Shown here: positions 30,917-42,024 of the stretch, in pieces
How the letters are laid out: every line of letters begins with the position of its first letter
Numbering within the stretch: position 1 is the stretch's first letter
The notes under the pieces: model-generated
Told to the model about the DNA's origin: nothing
The model's input: only the letters and a program-made list of their open reading frames with translations
Database searches by the model: none
Translations under genes and position numbers: made by a program
Assembly: GCA_963847445.1 (NCBI GenBank)
Contig: CAWJZV010000046.1
Coordinates: 320,001 to 384,000 of the forward strand
Origin: an uncultured delta proteobacterium
GTDB lineage: Bacteria; Desulfobacterota; Binatia; UBA9968
Reading direction: 5' to 3'
DNA: 64,000 bases

Positions 30917-31967
30917 TTACAGCGTTCTTGGCACTTCAACTTTCAATTCTGCTGCAAGCTCAGTGAGATTGGCCCAAGTGCCTGCTTCGACTTCGACGCC
31001 ATGCTGGCGATTGTGCGCTTCGCGTTTCTTGCCCGACTCTCCCGGCAAAAGGATTTCGCTAAATCCCGGCGCGCACTTCGTCGATTTTATGAATGCGATG
31101 AGCTCGTCGACTTTGTCGTAAAAGGTTTCTAATTCTTGAAATTCTTCGACGGCGATGGCCTGGAGAAACAGTCCGTTGACGCCGTGGCCGCGGTTGTCCC
31201 AGTATTGTTTGCCCAGGCCGTTGCCGGAAAGCAGGCCGCCGAGGACTTCGGTGATCAGCGCCAGGCCCGAACCTTTGTAGCCGCCGAAGGCCAGGAACAC
31301 GCCGCGCGGCGGGCCGCGGAAGGTTTTGAAATCGGTGGTCGGGTTGCCGTGGCCGTCGAGCATGACGCCTTCGGGGATTTTTTCTTTGTTGCGGATGCGT
31401 TTCTGAATCTCGCCCATGCTCATGGACGCGGTGGCGAAATCGAGAATGATCTGACGGCCGCCGCGCGCCGGAATGCCGAACGCCATCGGGTTGGTGCCGG
31501 TGATCGGCTGCATGCCGCCGTAGAGCGCGGTGACCGCCGAGCCGACGCTGGCGGCGGCGATGCCGATCATGCCGCGGTCGGTGGCCATCTCCATGTAGTC
31601 GGCGAGCCGTCCGGTGTGGCCGGCGCGGCGCAGGCAGACGATGCCGGCGCCATGGGTATTTGGCCTTCTCGATCGCCAGCTCCATGGCGAAGTGGGCGGC
31701 GACTTGACCGATGTAATGTTTGCCGTCGACCACCGCGGTGATCTTGCCTTCGCGCTCGATGGCCGGCTTGTCTTTGATCTGATAGGTGCCGTCTTTGATC
31801 CAATTCAAATAGGGATTGACGCGAATCACGCCGTGGCCGGCGTAGCCGCGCAGCTCGCCGCGCACCAGCAGTTCAGCGACCAGATCGGCGTCGTCTTTCG
31901 CCATGCCGCCGGTGGAAAGAAGTTGGTTGCAGAAGCTGAGAAGTTGTTGGTGATCGATTTTGGGCAC
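30917..31967 (-). CDS. Ldh_2 family oxidoreductase (malate/lactate/ureidoglycolate dehydrogenase type; one frameshift)
   Basis: ELRGYAGHGVIR, GHTGRL, GTNPMAFGIP, LDFATAS, FGGYKGSGL and ILLPGE. Confidence 0.9.
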
Positions 31968-32018
31968 TGGGTGTCCTGACTTCTAAGGAAAATGCGATTC
32001 CGAATATCGATTCGAAAG

Positions 32019-32087
32019 ACGCAAAGTTCGCAAAGGAAAGCAAAACGAGTTTTCCGAACTTGGCGTCTTTGTGCCTTTGCGATGAGA
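32019..32087. repeat. Empty inverted element of CGCAAAG family
   Basis: acgcaaagttcgcaaaggaaagcaaa ... cttggcgtctttgtgcctttgcgatgaga. Confidence 0.75.
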
Positions 32088-32108
32088 TAATCGATTTCGA
32101 TTCTTCGG

Positions 32109-32984
32109 TTATTCTTCTTCACCGGGAAATATTTCCCCAGCCATTCATGCACGATATTGGTCAGGCGCGGATTCTCTTCGTTGAAGGTGAAATGATCGAC
32201 GTCGGACAACAAGTGCAGCTCGGCCGGCTGCCGGGCTTTCTTGAACATCTCGATGGACTCGTAGGTCGGCGTCACCGAGTCGTTGGCGCTGTGGATGAGC
32301 AGGAGCGGCCGCGGTGAAATGTTGCCGACCTGATCGTCGGCGCGGAAGTCGTTCATGCTCTGGGCGGTCTCGGCGGGGAACTCCATGATCGAGCCGTGGC
32401 TCATGCGGTTGCGCAGCTTTTCCGGGATCGGCACGATGTCGTAGCGCGGCACCATGAGGGATTTGCCGGTCTGCTCGCGGTGGCGTTTGCCTTCTTCGAG
32501 CATGGCGGTGAACTTCGCCCACTTCTCCGGCGCCGGGATGCTGGCCGCGGAATTTTCTTTCGCCGTCGCCCCAGCCGCCGCAGGAGATCACCGCGGCGAC
32601 GCGCTTGTCGGCGCCGCCGGTGAATACCGCCACCGCGGCGCCGAAGCTGCTGCCGATGAGCGCGATGCGCGCGGGGTCGACCTCCGGCCGGGTCGCCAAG
32701 TACGAGATCGCGTTGCGCGTGTCGGCGACTTGATCGAGGCAGATGATCCGGCCCCGTTCGCCTTCGCTCTCGCCGCAGCCGCGGAAGTCGAGCCGCAGCG
32801 CGATGTAGCCCCATTGGCTCAGTTGCTTGGCGACGACTTTTTGGCCTTGGCCGTCCTTGTTGCCGCCAAAGCCATGCAGCGTGATGAACGCCGGCCGGCG
32901 CTCGCCGGTTTTGTAGTCGGCCGGGGTGTCGACGAGACCGGCGATTTTCAATCCGTCGGATTGAAACGAAACTTTTTCTTCCAT
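32109..32984 (-). CDS. Alpha/beta hydrolase (frameshifted)
   Basis: LHGFGG, DFRGCGESEG, nucleophile elbow GSSFG, PLLLIHSANDSV and VDHF. Confidence 0.88.
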
Positions 32985-32988
32985 TGGT

Positions 32989-33441
32989 CTAACTCCTCTT
33001 TTCTCGTCGCGGCAGCATCAAGCGGCAACGCCCGGTAAGTATCTGCTTGTCGTCTTGATTCATGCCAATTAGTTCGCACTCGATCCATGGATCGGTTGGA
33101 TCGGCGGATTTCTCGACGATCTTAGCGCCGAAGCGCATCAGATCGCCTTCGAAGGTCGAATAGGTCTGACGCACGGCGATTTTTCTGAGCCGGCCCTGGG
33201 GGCCGATCCAGTCGGTCAGCATGCGCATGAGCAGCGCCTGGCGGTAGGCGCCGCTGGCGATGAAGGTCTTGAGCCCATTGTGCTGGCGCACGTGATCGCG
33301 GTCGAAATGGAGTTGTTGCGAATTTTCCTGTAGGCCGGCCCAGCGCACCGTGTCGATGATGGTCAGCGGGCCATATTGGCGCTCCGGGATCGTGTCGCCG
33401 ATATGCACGTCTTCGAAACAGACGGGTTGGTGCAGTGCCAT
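32989..33441 (-). CDS. MaoC-family (hot-dog) dehydratase subunit
   Basis: FEDVHIGDTIP, VRWAG..N.QQLHFD and RMLTDWIG. Confidence 0.8.
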   Translation of the reverse strand: MALHQPVCFEDVHIGDTIPERQYGPLTIIDTVRWAGLQENSQQLHFDRDHVRQHNGLKTFIASGAYRQALLMRMLTDWIGPQGRLRKIAVRQTYSTFEGDLMRFGAKIVEKSADPTDPWIECELIGMNQDDKQILTGRCRLMLPRREKRS

Positions 33442-33446
33442 GGGTT

Positions 33447-34578
33447 TTATCCTCGGACCGCTCCCGCCGCGGCAAAGGATTGTTGATCGCTTGAAGAGTA
33501 GCCCAACTGCGAAAGAATCTCACGGTTGTGTTCGCCGAGCCGCGGCGCCGCTGCCATTTCGCTTTTGCGCATGGTGGCGATGGCGCCCTGGGGAAACGTG
33601 ATAGTGCCGAATTGCCGATGCTCGATGCGCCGCAAAAATCCGCGCGCGATAAGTTGCGGATCATCGATTAAATCTAAAGTCGTCGATACCGGCGAGGCGG
33701 GGAAGTGGCGTTTTTGCGCTTCCTGCACCAGTTCATTCTTGGCATGTTGGCTGGCCCACGAAAGCACCCGGTCGAGAATAAAGTCGCGTCGTTTGATTTG
33801 GTTTTCTTCTTCCGCCAGTGACGCATCGGCCGCGAGTTCGGGATCGTTCACCCACTCGACGAATTTGTTCCAACGTCCCGGTCGATGGATCTGGCTGATG
33901 ACCCAATGGCCGTCTTTACAGGGCAGGGCGCCGGAAATGGCGGTAATCGCGCCCTTGCTGCCGCGCCGCTCGGTGACAACGCCGGAGAAGCTGTATTCGA
34001 CCATCGCTTGCTCGGCGAAGCTTTCCAATGCTTCGCGCAGCGACACGGTAACGATCAACCCTTTGCCGGTTTTCTTGGCGCTGCGCAGCGCCGCCGCCGT
34101 GGCGACGGCGACATAGATGCCGGTTGCCAATGCCGCGATATCGCCGCCCAAGACCATGGGAGATTGATCCGGTTGGCCGGTCAATGACATCAATCCGGAG
34201 CGCGCCATGGCGCAGATGTCAGGTTCTTCGTCTTCGATCTTGCTGTAAACGAGCTTAGTATTGGCGGCAATCAGCGCTGCGTCTTCGATGGCGAGCGGCG
34301 TGTTGGCGATCAAAACGTCGGCCTGCGCGACCAGGCGCAAGAATATCTCCCGGCCCGCGCTGGAGTCGAGATCGAGCGCCAGGCTTTTCTTGCCGGCGTT
34401 GAGAAAATGGTGGTAGGCGCTGCTCTCGCCGTTATTGCCACCGCCGAGCAGAGGTTCTCGGTAGCGCAAGGAGTCCTCGATTATGCCATTCGACGCGGAT
34501 CACTTCATGGCCGCTTTCGACGAACAAGCGCGAGGCGTAGGCGCCGGAGAGATCGGTAACTTCGATGATCCGAGCCAT
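33447..34578 (-). CDS. CaiB/BaiF family III CoA transferase (frameshift near start)
   Basis: GAYASRL, FLNAGKKSLALDL, LVAQADV, SGLMSLTG and APRLGEHNREIL. Confidence 0.88.
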
Positions 34579-34579
34579 A

Positions 34580-35116
34580 TTATTCTTTCGCCGCACCGGC
34601 GAGTTTGGCTGCGGGAAAAAGCGCCATCGTGTGGCGCCGGCGCATGACGGTTTCGCCGCCGGAGTTCAGGATCTGTTCCTCTTGGGTAATATAGATGCCC
34701 AACCCGGCGCGGCCCTGGCGCGCGACAATATCGACCAGACAGCTCTGCGTCAAAAGTGGCTCGCCGGGGTAGACCGGTTGGAGCCATTCGGTTTCTGAGC
34801 CGGCGTTGCGGACGTTGGTGTAGTTCGCCGGCACCGGGATCTGGCGCCGTAGATCGGGCGCTTCCGCGCTCGAGCCATCGGGATTTTCCCTGATGCTGAA
34901 CGGCACCCAGCCGACCAAAGCTGGCGGCAGAATCCGCCCTTGGTAACCCGCGGCCTTGGCATAGTCGTCGTCGCACCAGAGCGGATTGCGATCGCCTGTG
35001 GCATCGACATAGCGGCGGACATCCGACAGCGTCATGACGATCAACGGAGTCGGCGCCGTGGCGCGGCCGATCCAGTTCAACATCTCTGTGGTGATCAAAT
35101 CGCTGCCATCGGCCAT
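34580..35116 (-). CDS. MaoC N-terminal / FAS1-like dehydratase subunit
   Basis: DVRRYVDATGDRNPLWCDDDYAK and NAGSETEWLQPVYPGE; own ATG overlapping the upstream stop (TGATG). Confidence 0.8.
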   Translation of the reverse strand: MADGSDLITTEMLNWIGRATAPTPLIVMTLSDVRRYVDATGDRNPLWCDDDYAKAAGYQGRILPPALVGWVPFSIRENPDGSSAEAPDLRRQIPVPANYTNVRNAGSETEWLQPVYPGEPLLTQSCLVDIVARQGRAGLGIYITQEEQILNSGGETVMRRRHTMALFPAAKLAGAAKE

Positions 35117-36335
35117 CAGGTAAGCGCTCCTTGGTTGTCGAGCGACTTGAATCTCGTCCTGGGCGAGGCCCAGCCAGTCGCGCAGAACCTCGTCGCTGTG
35201 CTGGCCGAGCGCAGGGGCGGGCGAGGGCGCAGGGAAAGAGCCGGTGGAAAATCGAAATGGTAACCCGGTGGTGAGCATGGTGCCGACACGCGGTTCCGCC
35301 ATTTGGCGAAAAATCGTCGCGCCATCCGGTTGGTCGAGCAAATCATTGATGCGCCGCACCCGTTCGGCGCGAATGGCGCCGGCCTTGAGGGTTTGCTCCA
35401 CTGCAAGGTTTGAAAGTGGTCCGGTCCACTTATTTAATTGCTCGTCGATCTCGTCGTGCCATTGCCGGCGGCCGGAAACTGTCGCGAAGCGCTCCTGCGC
35501 TGCCCAGCTATCTTTGCCGATGATCCGTCCGAGGGAGCGCCACTGGTCGTCAGTTCGCACGCTGACGGCGCACCAGTTGTCGGTGCCGGCGCAGCGATAA
35601 ACCCCCTGGGGCGCAAAGCGCGCCGAGCGGTTGCCCATGCGCGGCGGATTCCGGCCGGTAACGGCGCTGGCCAAGAGCAACGGCGCGATCATCGCAACGC
35701 TGCACTCGAACTGGCTCAGGTCGAGCCGGGTGCCGATGCCGCTCAGACCGCGTTCGTCGAGCGCCTGAACAATCGCGACGCAGGCGTGCAGTCCGCCGAT
35801 GTAATCATTCCAAGAATTCGAGATCGCCGTCGGCGGATCGCCTTCGGCGCCGGTGACGGTCATCAGGCCGCTGTAGCCCTGGAGATTCATGTTCATGCTC
35901 GTCCAGCCGCGTCTCGGGCCGTCATGGCCGTATCCTGACATGCTCACGGAGATGATCCCGTGATTGCGCGAACGCAGAGTCTCATAGCCGAGACCGAGCC
36001 GGTCCATCACCCCGGCGCTAAAATTCTCCACCACGACATCGGCCCGCGCCGCGAGTTCGACCGCGGTCTGTTGGCCGCTCGGGTGTTTCAGATCGATGGC
36101 GATGGAGCGCTTGTTGCGGTTGGTATTCAAATAAGAAGCGTGGCGGCCGTCTGTTGCCGATGTGAGCCGATGGCCAGGGATGATCCGGATGTTTGCTGCT
36201 TTCGACGCGCACGACATCCGCGCCGAGGTCGGCCAAGAGCCGGGTGCAGAAGGGCCCCGCCAGCACATGGGTAAAATCCAGGACGCGCACTCCGGCGAGC
36301 GGCGCGGCGTCGTTCGATGAGCTGCGATCGGTCAT
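35116..36335 (-). CDS. CaiB/BaiF family III CoA transferase (frameshifted)
   Basis: [50 protein letters not shown] and APALGQHS; ends LDNQGALT*. Confidence 0.9.
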
Positions 36336-36340
36336 TGAGT

Positions 36341-37301
36341 TTACCGAAGGTTGAGTTCCTTTTGTGCTTGCTGCAACAGCGCGCGGCTCGCCACTTGGGT
36401 CAAGGGAATCTCTTTCTTGAGATTGCCGCGATCCAATTCGTATTGAATCAAATCCTGCAGTGCCTGATCGGGCAGAGCGCCGTCGGCGCTGTAGCATGGC
36501 AGGTAATTTTCAAAGGCCGCGCGCGTGATGGCGAGGTCGAGCTTCAACCACTTGGCGGCGATGTTGATGGTTTCCTCGGGCTGCTCGCGAATGAAGCGCA
36601 GCGCTTCGATGCTGGCTTTGATCGTGCGCTTTACTTTGTCCGGCGCCGTTTTGAGCTGCTTGTCGGTGGTCACCATGGCGTTTTGCAATAGCGGCACGTG
36701 ATCGCGGCTCCAGAGCAGCACCTTGTAGCCGCGCTTGGCGCCGAAGATATCGGCGGGCGAGGAGACGAAGGCGGCGTCGACCTTGCCGCCATCCATGGCG
36801 GCGATGCGGGCGGTGTTGTCGCCGCCGGGGATGAGATTGATATCTTTACCGGGTTCCATGCCGTAACGGCGCAGCAGAGTTATCGAGGTCAAGTAGAGCT
36901 GGCTGCCGAAAGTGCTGATGCCGATGGTTTTGCCGCGCAGGTCGGTGAGCTTTTGCACGTTGGCTTTGACCAGGAGCAGATAGCCGAGCTTGTCCTGGGT
37001 GGTCATCACCAATTTGATCGGCAGTCCTTTGATGGCGCCGGCGATGCCCGGGCCGGTGCAGACCGCGAAGTCGAGATCGTCCGGAGAGCAGCGCATTGGT
37101 GGCGATGGCACAGGGCACCAGCACATGCTCGGATTGGATGCCGTGCTTGGCATAGAAGGCTTTTTTTTCAGCGATGATGGTTGGCAAAAAACCCAGCGAG
37201 ATGGCGGAAATGCCGATGCGGATTTTTTCTTGGGCGGCAACCTCGCGGTAACCGCACAAGCAGTAAAGCGAAATCAGCAGGAAAATTAATTGCCGTTTCA
37301 T
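36341..37301 (-). CDS. NMT1/SsuA-like substrate-binding protein (one frameshift)
   Basis: Signal peptide in ORF 36846-37301; [16 protein letters not shown]; [12 protein letters not shown]. Confidence 0.85.
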
Positions 37302-38311
37302 GGCTTCTCCAAACGCGCGAAAAATCCCTCTTGGTCGAGTTCCCGGATCAATGACGCGTCGACGAAATCGCCGACTTTCATCGATTCGAGCTTGGCGATG
37401 GTGCCGCGCAGATCTTCGATGCTCGCTTGCACCGAATCTTCCCGCGGCCAGGGCTTGGCCGGGATCGCGTCGAGCAGTTGGGCTCGATAGGTGAACTCCA
37501 AGAGCTTGGGATTGTTCGGCAGCCGCATGTACTTGCGGAATACTTGGTACGCCAGGTCGCGGTTCTTGCGGCCCAGCGCGATCGCTTCGCTATAGGCCAT
37601 GAAGAACGCCTTCAAGCGCGGCCGCAACTCTTTGATCACCTGCCGGGTGGTGTTGATTTCGCTGCCCGGCGCGGCCACGCCAAAGTCTTTGGGCTCGCCT
37701 AGGATCGTGAGTTTTTGCGCGCCGCTTTCCGTGACTTGAAAGACTTTGTCCGACTCGCCAATGGTGGCGTCGATCTTGCCTTGGAAAATCAGCTGAAGTC
37801 GTTTATCCGATTCGCTGACTCCGGTTGGAATCAGGCTCACGTCTTTGCCCGGCGTCAAGCCAATCTTGGCGAGAATCCGGCGCAGCAGAAAATCGGTGCC
37901 GGCGCCGATGCGGCTGCTGCCGACGATCTTGCCTTTGAGGTCGTCGGGCGATTTGATCGAAGCGAGCGCGACGAATTGATAGGGCAGGGCGCCGTTGGTG
38001 GCCACCGTGACGATGGGCGCGCCGCGGCCAGCGGCGGCGACCACGCCGGAACTCGAGTCGGTGGTCAGATGCACGTCGCCGGCGAGCAAGGCGGTCAGCG
38101 ATACGTTGCCGGCGGCGATGTTGACCAGCTTTACATCCAAGCCGTATTTCTCGTAGAGGCCGAGATCCTTGGCGATCCAAAACGGCGCGCGATTACCCGT
38201 CACCGAGCTGTAGGAAACGATCAACGGATCGAGCCGTTTTTCCTGCGTAGCGGCATGCTGTGCAAGCGCCGGTATAATCACGAAGATGACGGCAATCGTC
38301 CATCGCAGCAT
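37298..38311 (-). CDS. NMT1/SsuA-like substrate-binding protein
   Basis: Intact; IKSPDDLKGKIVGSSRIG; RELDQEGFF. Confidence 0.88.
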   Translation of the reverse strand: MLRWTIAVIFVIIPALAQHAATQEKRLDPLIVSYSSVTGNRAPFWIAKDLGLYEKYGLDVKLVNIAAGNVSLTALLAGDVHLTTDSSSGVVAAAGRGAPIVTVATNGALPYQFVALASIKSPDDLKGKIVGSSRIGAGTDFLLRRILAKIGLTPGKDVSLIPTGVSESDKRLQLIFQGKIDATIGESDKVFQVTESGAQKLTILGEPKDFGVAAPGSEINTTRQVIKELRPRLKAFFMAYSEAIALGRKNRDLAYQVFRKYMRLPNNPKLLEFTYRAQLLDAIPAKPWPREDSVQASIEDLRGTIAKLESMKVGDFVDASLIRELDQEGFFARLEKP

Positions 38312-38355
38312 CTAATCGTACCTCGCTGATTGGATTGAGTTCACGCTATGCTTGC

Positions 38356-39573
38356 TCATCCCCACGGACCGAGAAACGGCTCGCCGGCGTAGGCGTCGGA
38401 GTTCGCCTCCAAGGTTGCCGGCCAGTCGCTCATGGGTTTCGGCTGGCGCAGTTCTTTGGGGCGAGGTTTGCCGTCCCAGCCAATCTGTTCCATGGCGCAG
38501 TAAAGTTGGATTGTGTGGCCGTCGGGATCGCTGGCGTGGGCGGCGAGATCGATGCCGGGGTGAAGCTCGCTGGGAATCGCATCCATGACTTTCACGCCTT
38601 GGCCGCGTAGAAATGCCACGGCATCCTTGAGTTGGCGGTAATTGGCGAGCTGGAGGCCGAGGGCGGCGTTTTTGCTGTGGCCGCTCAGACCCAACGGCGC
38701 GCGCGCAGCGGTGGGAAAGAGCGCCAGCGAGTGATGTTCGGTATTGCAACGAAAGAACAGACAGCGATGGCCTTGCCAGATGACTTCCTCGGTCAGCGTA
38801 AAGCCCATGCGTTGGCGATAAAATTTTTCAGCCGCTGCCATATCGTCGGCGAACAGATACACCGGACCCAAGCGGACGATCTTGAAGGGGCGCGGCAGGA
38901 GGATGCCGTCGACATCGAAGCTCGCCGGAAGATTATCGACATGGCGGAAGCCGGTGGTCGGGTCGATGCCTTTGGCTTTGGCCTGCTCGACTTCGTCGAA
39001 CTCGGAGATTTGCGGCAGCTCGGGCGGCTTGTCGAAAGCGCGGTCGTACATGCTCTTGGGTTTGCTGTAACCGTCCCAGCCGATCTGTTCGATGCCGTAG
39101 TAAAGTTCGTTGCTGTGGCCGTCGGGATCGAGCAGGTAGGTGTGCCAGTTGGAGCCCGGCATGTCGCGGCCGGAGCGCTGCTGCTTGATGCCATGTTCGT
39201 TGAACCATTGGATCGCCATGCCGACTTCGCGCATGCTGCCGACCTGCCAGGTGATCTGATTGATCGTCACGCCCGGCGCTTCGGCGCGGCCCAGGGCATC
39301 GCGCACGCGCTTGGGAAAGAGCACCATGGCATGATGATCGCCGCCGTAGCGGGTAAAATAACCGTTGGGATCGCCCAGGCCGGCGACCTGTTCCGGGCTC
39401 TTGGCGCGGCGCGAGTAGTCCATGACATCGGAGACTTTGAAGCCCAACAGGTCGACGTAGAAACGCCGCCCTGCTTCCATGTTCGCCAGATTGAAACCGA
39501 AATGACCGAGCCGGCGAATCTTGAACGGCCGGTCGAGCACGACGCCGCCGACATTGAATTTTCCCTCTGCCAT
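38356..39573 (-). CDS. Two-domain VOC (glyoxalase/extradiol dioxygenase-like) protein
   Basis: Internal duplication RPFKIRRLGH / RPFKIVRLGP; DHHAM/EHHSL; DPDGH...YxxxEQIGWDG twice. Confidence 0.85.
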   Translation of the reverse strand: MAEGKFNVGGVVLDRPFKIRRLGHFGFNLANMEAGRRFYVDLLGFKVSDVMDYSRRAKSPEQVAGLGDPNGYFTRYGGDHHAMVLFPKRVRDALGRAEAPGVTINQITWQVGSMREVGMAIQWFNEHGIKQQRSGRDMPGSNWHTYLLDPDGHSNELYYGIEQIGWDGYSKPKSMYDRAFDKPPELPQISEFDEVEQAKAKGIDPTTGFRHVDNLPASFDVDGILLPRPFKIVRLGPVYLFADDMAAAEKFYRQRMGFTLTEEVIWQGHRCLFFRCNTEHHSLALFPTAARAPLGLSGHSKNAALGLQLANYRQLKDAVAFLRGQGVKVMDAIPSELHPGIDLAAHASDPDGHTIQLYCAMEQIGWDGKPRPKELRQPKPMSDWPATLEANSDAYAGEPFLGPWG

Positions 39574-39776
39574 GCGATGCCTCCCTGGAATGTCCGGCCC
39601 TCTCTATACAATCTTTCGTTGCCGCCTACAACGTGAATCGGCGCCAATGAGCCGACATGATGGGCGTTAGGCAAAATTCTAACTTGCAAGCGTCAAGGCG
39701 GTGGAATATCTATAGGATAGCGAAAGCAATATTCGACGATTTTTCACGACACTGCGGTTCCAACCAAGGAGGATTT

Positions 39777-40634
39777 ATGTCACTGCAAGAAATGCACAGC
39801 AACGGCAAGATTCAATGGCCCGGCGATGCCCGCATCGCGGTGCTGTTAAGCTTTGACTTTCAAGGCGGCGAAGATGTCCGACCCGACAAGAACGGCAAGA
39901 TCAACCATGAGGAGTATACCCAGGCTGAATATGGTCCCCAAACCGGCATCTATCGGATTCTGCGTATACTCGCAGCCCACGAAGTGAAGGCGACTTTTCT
40001 CACCTGCGGCGGGATCGCCGAACGCTATCCGGAAGCGGTGACGGCGATTGTCGCGGCCGGCCATGAAGTGGCGGGCCATGGCTATCATCACGAGGTGGCG
40101 CGCGATCTCACCAGAGACGAAGAGCGCGACGTCATGAAGCGCACCACCGACATGATTGTCAACCGGGCGCAGAAGCGGCCGGTGGGCTGGCGTTCCTGTA
40201 CCCAGAGTCCCAATAGCATCGAGCTCTTGATGGAGCAGGGCTACCTGTGGAACAGCAATTCGTTCTCTCACGATCTGCCGTTTGTCTGGCAGAACGGCAA
40301 GAAAAAGCTCGTCGAGCTGCCGCGCCAGCCCTTTGGCGACGGCCGCGCCTACGGCCATCGCGACTCAGGCAACCCCAACGATACCTTGGCGATCTGGAAA
40401 GGGATGTTCGACCAGTTCTACGAAGAGTCGAGTCTGGCGCCGACCTTTTGTCCGTTTCAGTTCCACCCGTATATATCGAGCCGCGCCGGCCGCGCCAAGA
40501 CCTTGTCCGATATCATCGGCCATATGAAGTCGCATAAAGGCGTGTGGTTTGCGACCGGCAGTGAGATCGCCCATTGGTGGCTGGAGAAGGGCTTCTCGGC
40601 GGAGGTGAACGCCAAGATTTCGAAAGTCGCGTAG
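39777..40634 (+). CDS. Polysaccharide deacetylase / PuuE-like metal hydrolase
   Basis: RBS aggagg; WPGDARIAVLLSFD, EYG..G.YRIL, GHEVAGHGYHH, FHPYIS.RAGR and VWFAT. Confidence 0.85.
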   Translation: MSLQEMHSNGKIQWPGDARIAVLLSFDFQGGEDVRPDKNGKINHEEYTQAEYGPQTGIYRILRILAAHEVKATFLTCGGIAERYPEAVTAIVAAGHEVAGHGYHHEVARDLTRDEERDVMKRTTDMIVNRAQKRPVGWRSCTQSPNSIELLMEQGYLWNSNSFSHDLPFVWQNGKKKLVELPRQPFGDGRAYGHRDSGNPNDTLAIWKGMFDQFYEESSLAPTFCPFQFHPYISSRAGRAKTLSDIIGHMKSHKGVWFATGSEIAHWWLEKGFSAEVNAKISKVA

Positions 40635-40656
40635 GGATTGGAGAATAAATGCTGGG

Positions 40657-40697
40657 TAGGGGCGGAACAGCATCATTACTCCGCCCCATACTCCACT
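40657..40697. repeat. REP-like hairpin between convergent genes
   Basis: gtaggggcggaa...tccgcccc with 8-mer remnants cattactcc and catactcca. Confidence 0.5.
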
Positions 40698-40698
40698 T

Positions 40699-41247
40699 TC
40701 ACCCTCTGAACCAGTAGCGGATTTTCTTGCGCAGTCCACGTCCCATCCGTTTCTTCAATTCGAACCAGAGCCGTAAAGACCAGTTGCGCGCCGACCAGGC
40801 GATCGATGTCGAAGTCGTGATCCACTGGTGGTTGAATTCAAAATTGGCTTTGAATTTTCTGATCTGCAGGGTTTTACCGAACTTGCGTTTAAAGATAGCT
40901 TTGACGCTGATGGCGTTGCGCGACTCGACGAATACGGTGATGGTCTCCACCGGCAGGAGGGCGCGGATGCGGCTGATCTTTTGCGTCAAACCAATCTCGT
41001 TGTTGGCGCTAACCTCGACGATGTTGCCGATGAGTTCCGGATCTTGCAGTTTGCGGTCGACGAGTTCCCGGCGCAGTTTGATTTCCTGCCCGTGGTCGAT
41101 GTCATAGCCAGCCAAGACCAAATAGGTCTTGTGCTTGGTGGTTTGCATCGACTTTTGCCACCAGTCGAGAGCGCGCTCCACGCATGACCGCGAGGCCTGC
41201 GACAACCGCTGTGGATCCAAGACGCCGTAGGGCATGGCGACGATCAC
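40699..41247 (-). CDS. Hypothetical protein, possibly divergent DUF218/YdcF-like; start uncertain
   Basis: LSQASRSCVERALDWW, LVLAG, VEVSANN and ITVFVESRN follow the DUF218 layout, but conserved residues are replaced. Confidence 0.5.
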   Translation of the reverse strand: MIVAMPYGVLDPQRLSQASRSCVERALDWWQKSMQTTKHKTYLVLAGYDIDHGQEIKLRRELVDRKLQDPELIGNIVEVSANNEIGLTQKISRIRALLPVETITVFVESRNAISVKAIFKRKFGKTLQIRKFKANFEFNHQWITTSTSIAWSARNWSLRLWFELKKRMGRGLRKKIRYWFRG

Positions 41248-41292
41248 GATAGCAATGGTGGGTTCTCCTTCACGCTCGGGCTAACGAAAAAA

Positions 41293-41367
41293 GGAGTAAT
41301 GGAGTGTTGGAGTACTGGAGTGATGGGGGAAGACCAACACTCCAATACTCCATTATTCCATCACTCC
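41293..41367. repeat. Empty inverted element of 8-bp TGGAGTnn units (4+4)
   Basis: ggagtaat ggagtgtt ggagtact ggagtgat gg - gggaaga - cc aacactcc aatactcc attattcc atcactcc. Confidence 0.92.
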
Positions 41368-41371
41368 CGTC

Positions 41372-41995
41372 CTATTCCTCGTAGATCATGACGTCGACCG
41401 GTTTACCGCCGACGGCGAGATCGGGACAGGCGCTCAGCGCTACCAGTAAATCCATCTCGGCGCGCAGATCCATATAGTTGCCTTCCGGCGGGCGCACTTG
41501 AGTATGTTCCATCTTGCCGGTTTTGCCGTCGATGATCATATGCTGGTTCAAGTTGAACGGGCTCGGTATATCTTCAGGAATGATGCCGTAGGATGCGACC
41601 GCTTTCGACAGGTTCTCATAGCAGCCGTGATCGGGGATTTCCTTGATATCGCGCGGGTAATATTCCGCCAGGCGATTTTCCTGCTGCGCCAGCTTGAAGC
41701 GGTAGCCGCTGCACATGCCTTTCTGTAAATCATGGGTGCCGACTCGGTTGCCGTCGTAGACGATCGTCATCATATGCTGGTTGTTGCGCCCCATGAGCTT
41801 GTCGCCGGTGCTGATGAACAGCTTCATGTTGTAAACCTTGGTGCGCGGCTGGTCGAAGCGTTCAATCAAGTTTTGCAATTTGAAGAAAACAAAATCCACG
41901 GTGGTGGTCGCCGTGATGCGAATCACCTGGCCTTGTTTCATTTCGGCGGCCCAGCCGGTGTTGTGCGGCACATGGTTTTGCAGGATGTTGTTCAT
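41372..41995 (-). CDS. Urea carboxylase-associated family protein (DUF1989), second paralog
   Basis: HDLQKGMCS, HGCYENL, PSPFN and LRAEMDLLVALSACP. Confidence 0.88.
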   Translation of the reverse strand: MNNILQNHVPHNTGWAAEMKQGQVIRITATTTVDFVFFKLQNLIERFDQPRTKVYNMKLFISTGDKLMGRNNQHMMTIVYDGNRVGTHDLQKGMCSGYRFKLAQQENRLAEYYPRDIKEIPDHGCYENLSKAVASYGIIPEDIPSPFNLNQHMIIDGKTGKMEHTQVRPPEGNYMDLRAEMDLLVALSACPDLAVGGKPVDVMIYEE

Positions 41996-42024
41996 CGCTA
42001 ACCTTCTCCTTTGCCGATGGGAAA

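Noticed and set aside
34580-36268. Novel CoA transferase-MaoC fusion (562-aa ORF)
   Set aside because: An indel near 35140 joins them; the shifted frame gives a natural end LDNQGALT* overlapping the MaoC ATG, with an RBS (aaggag) upstream.
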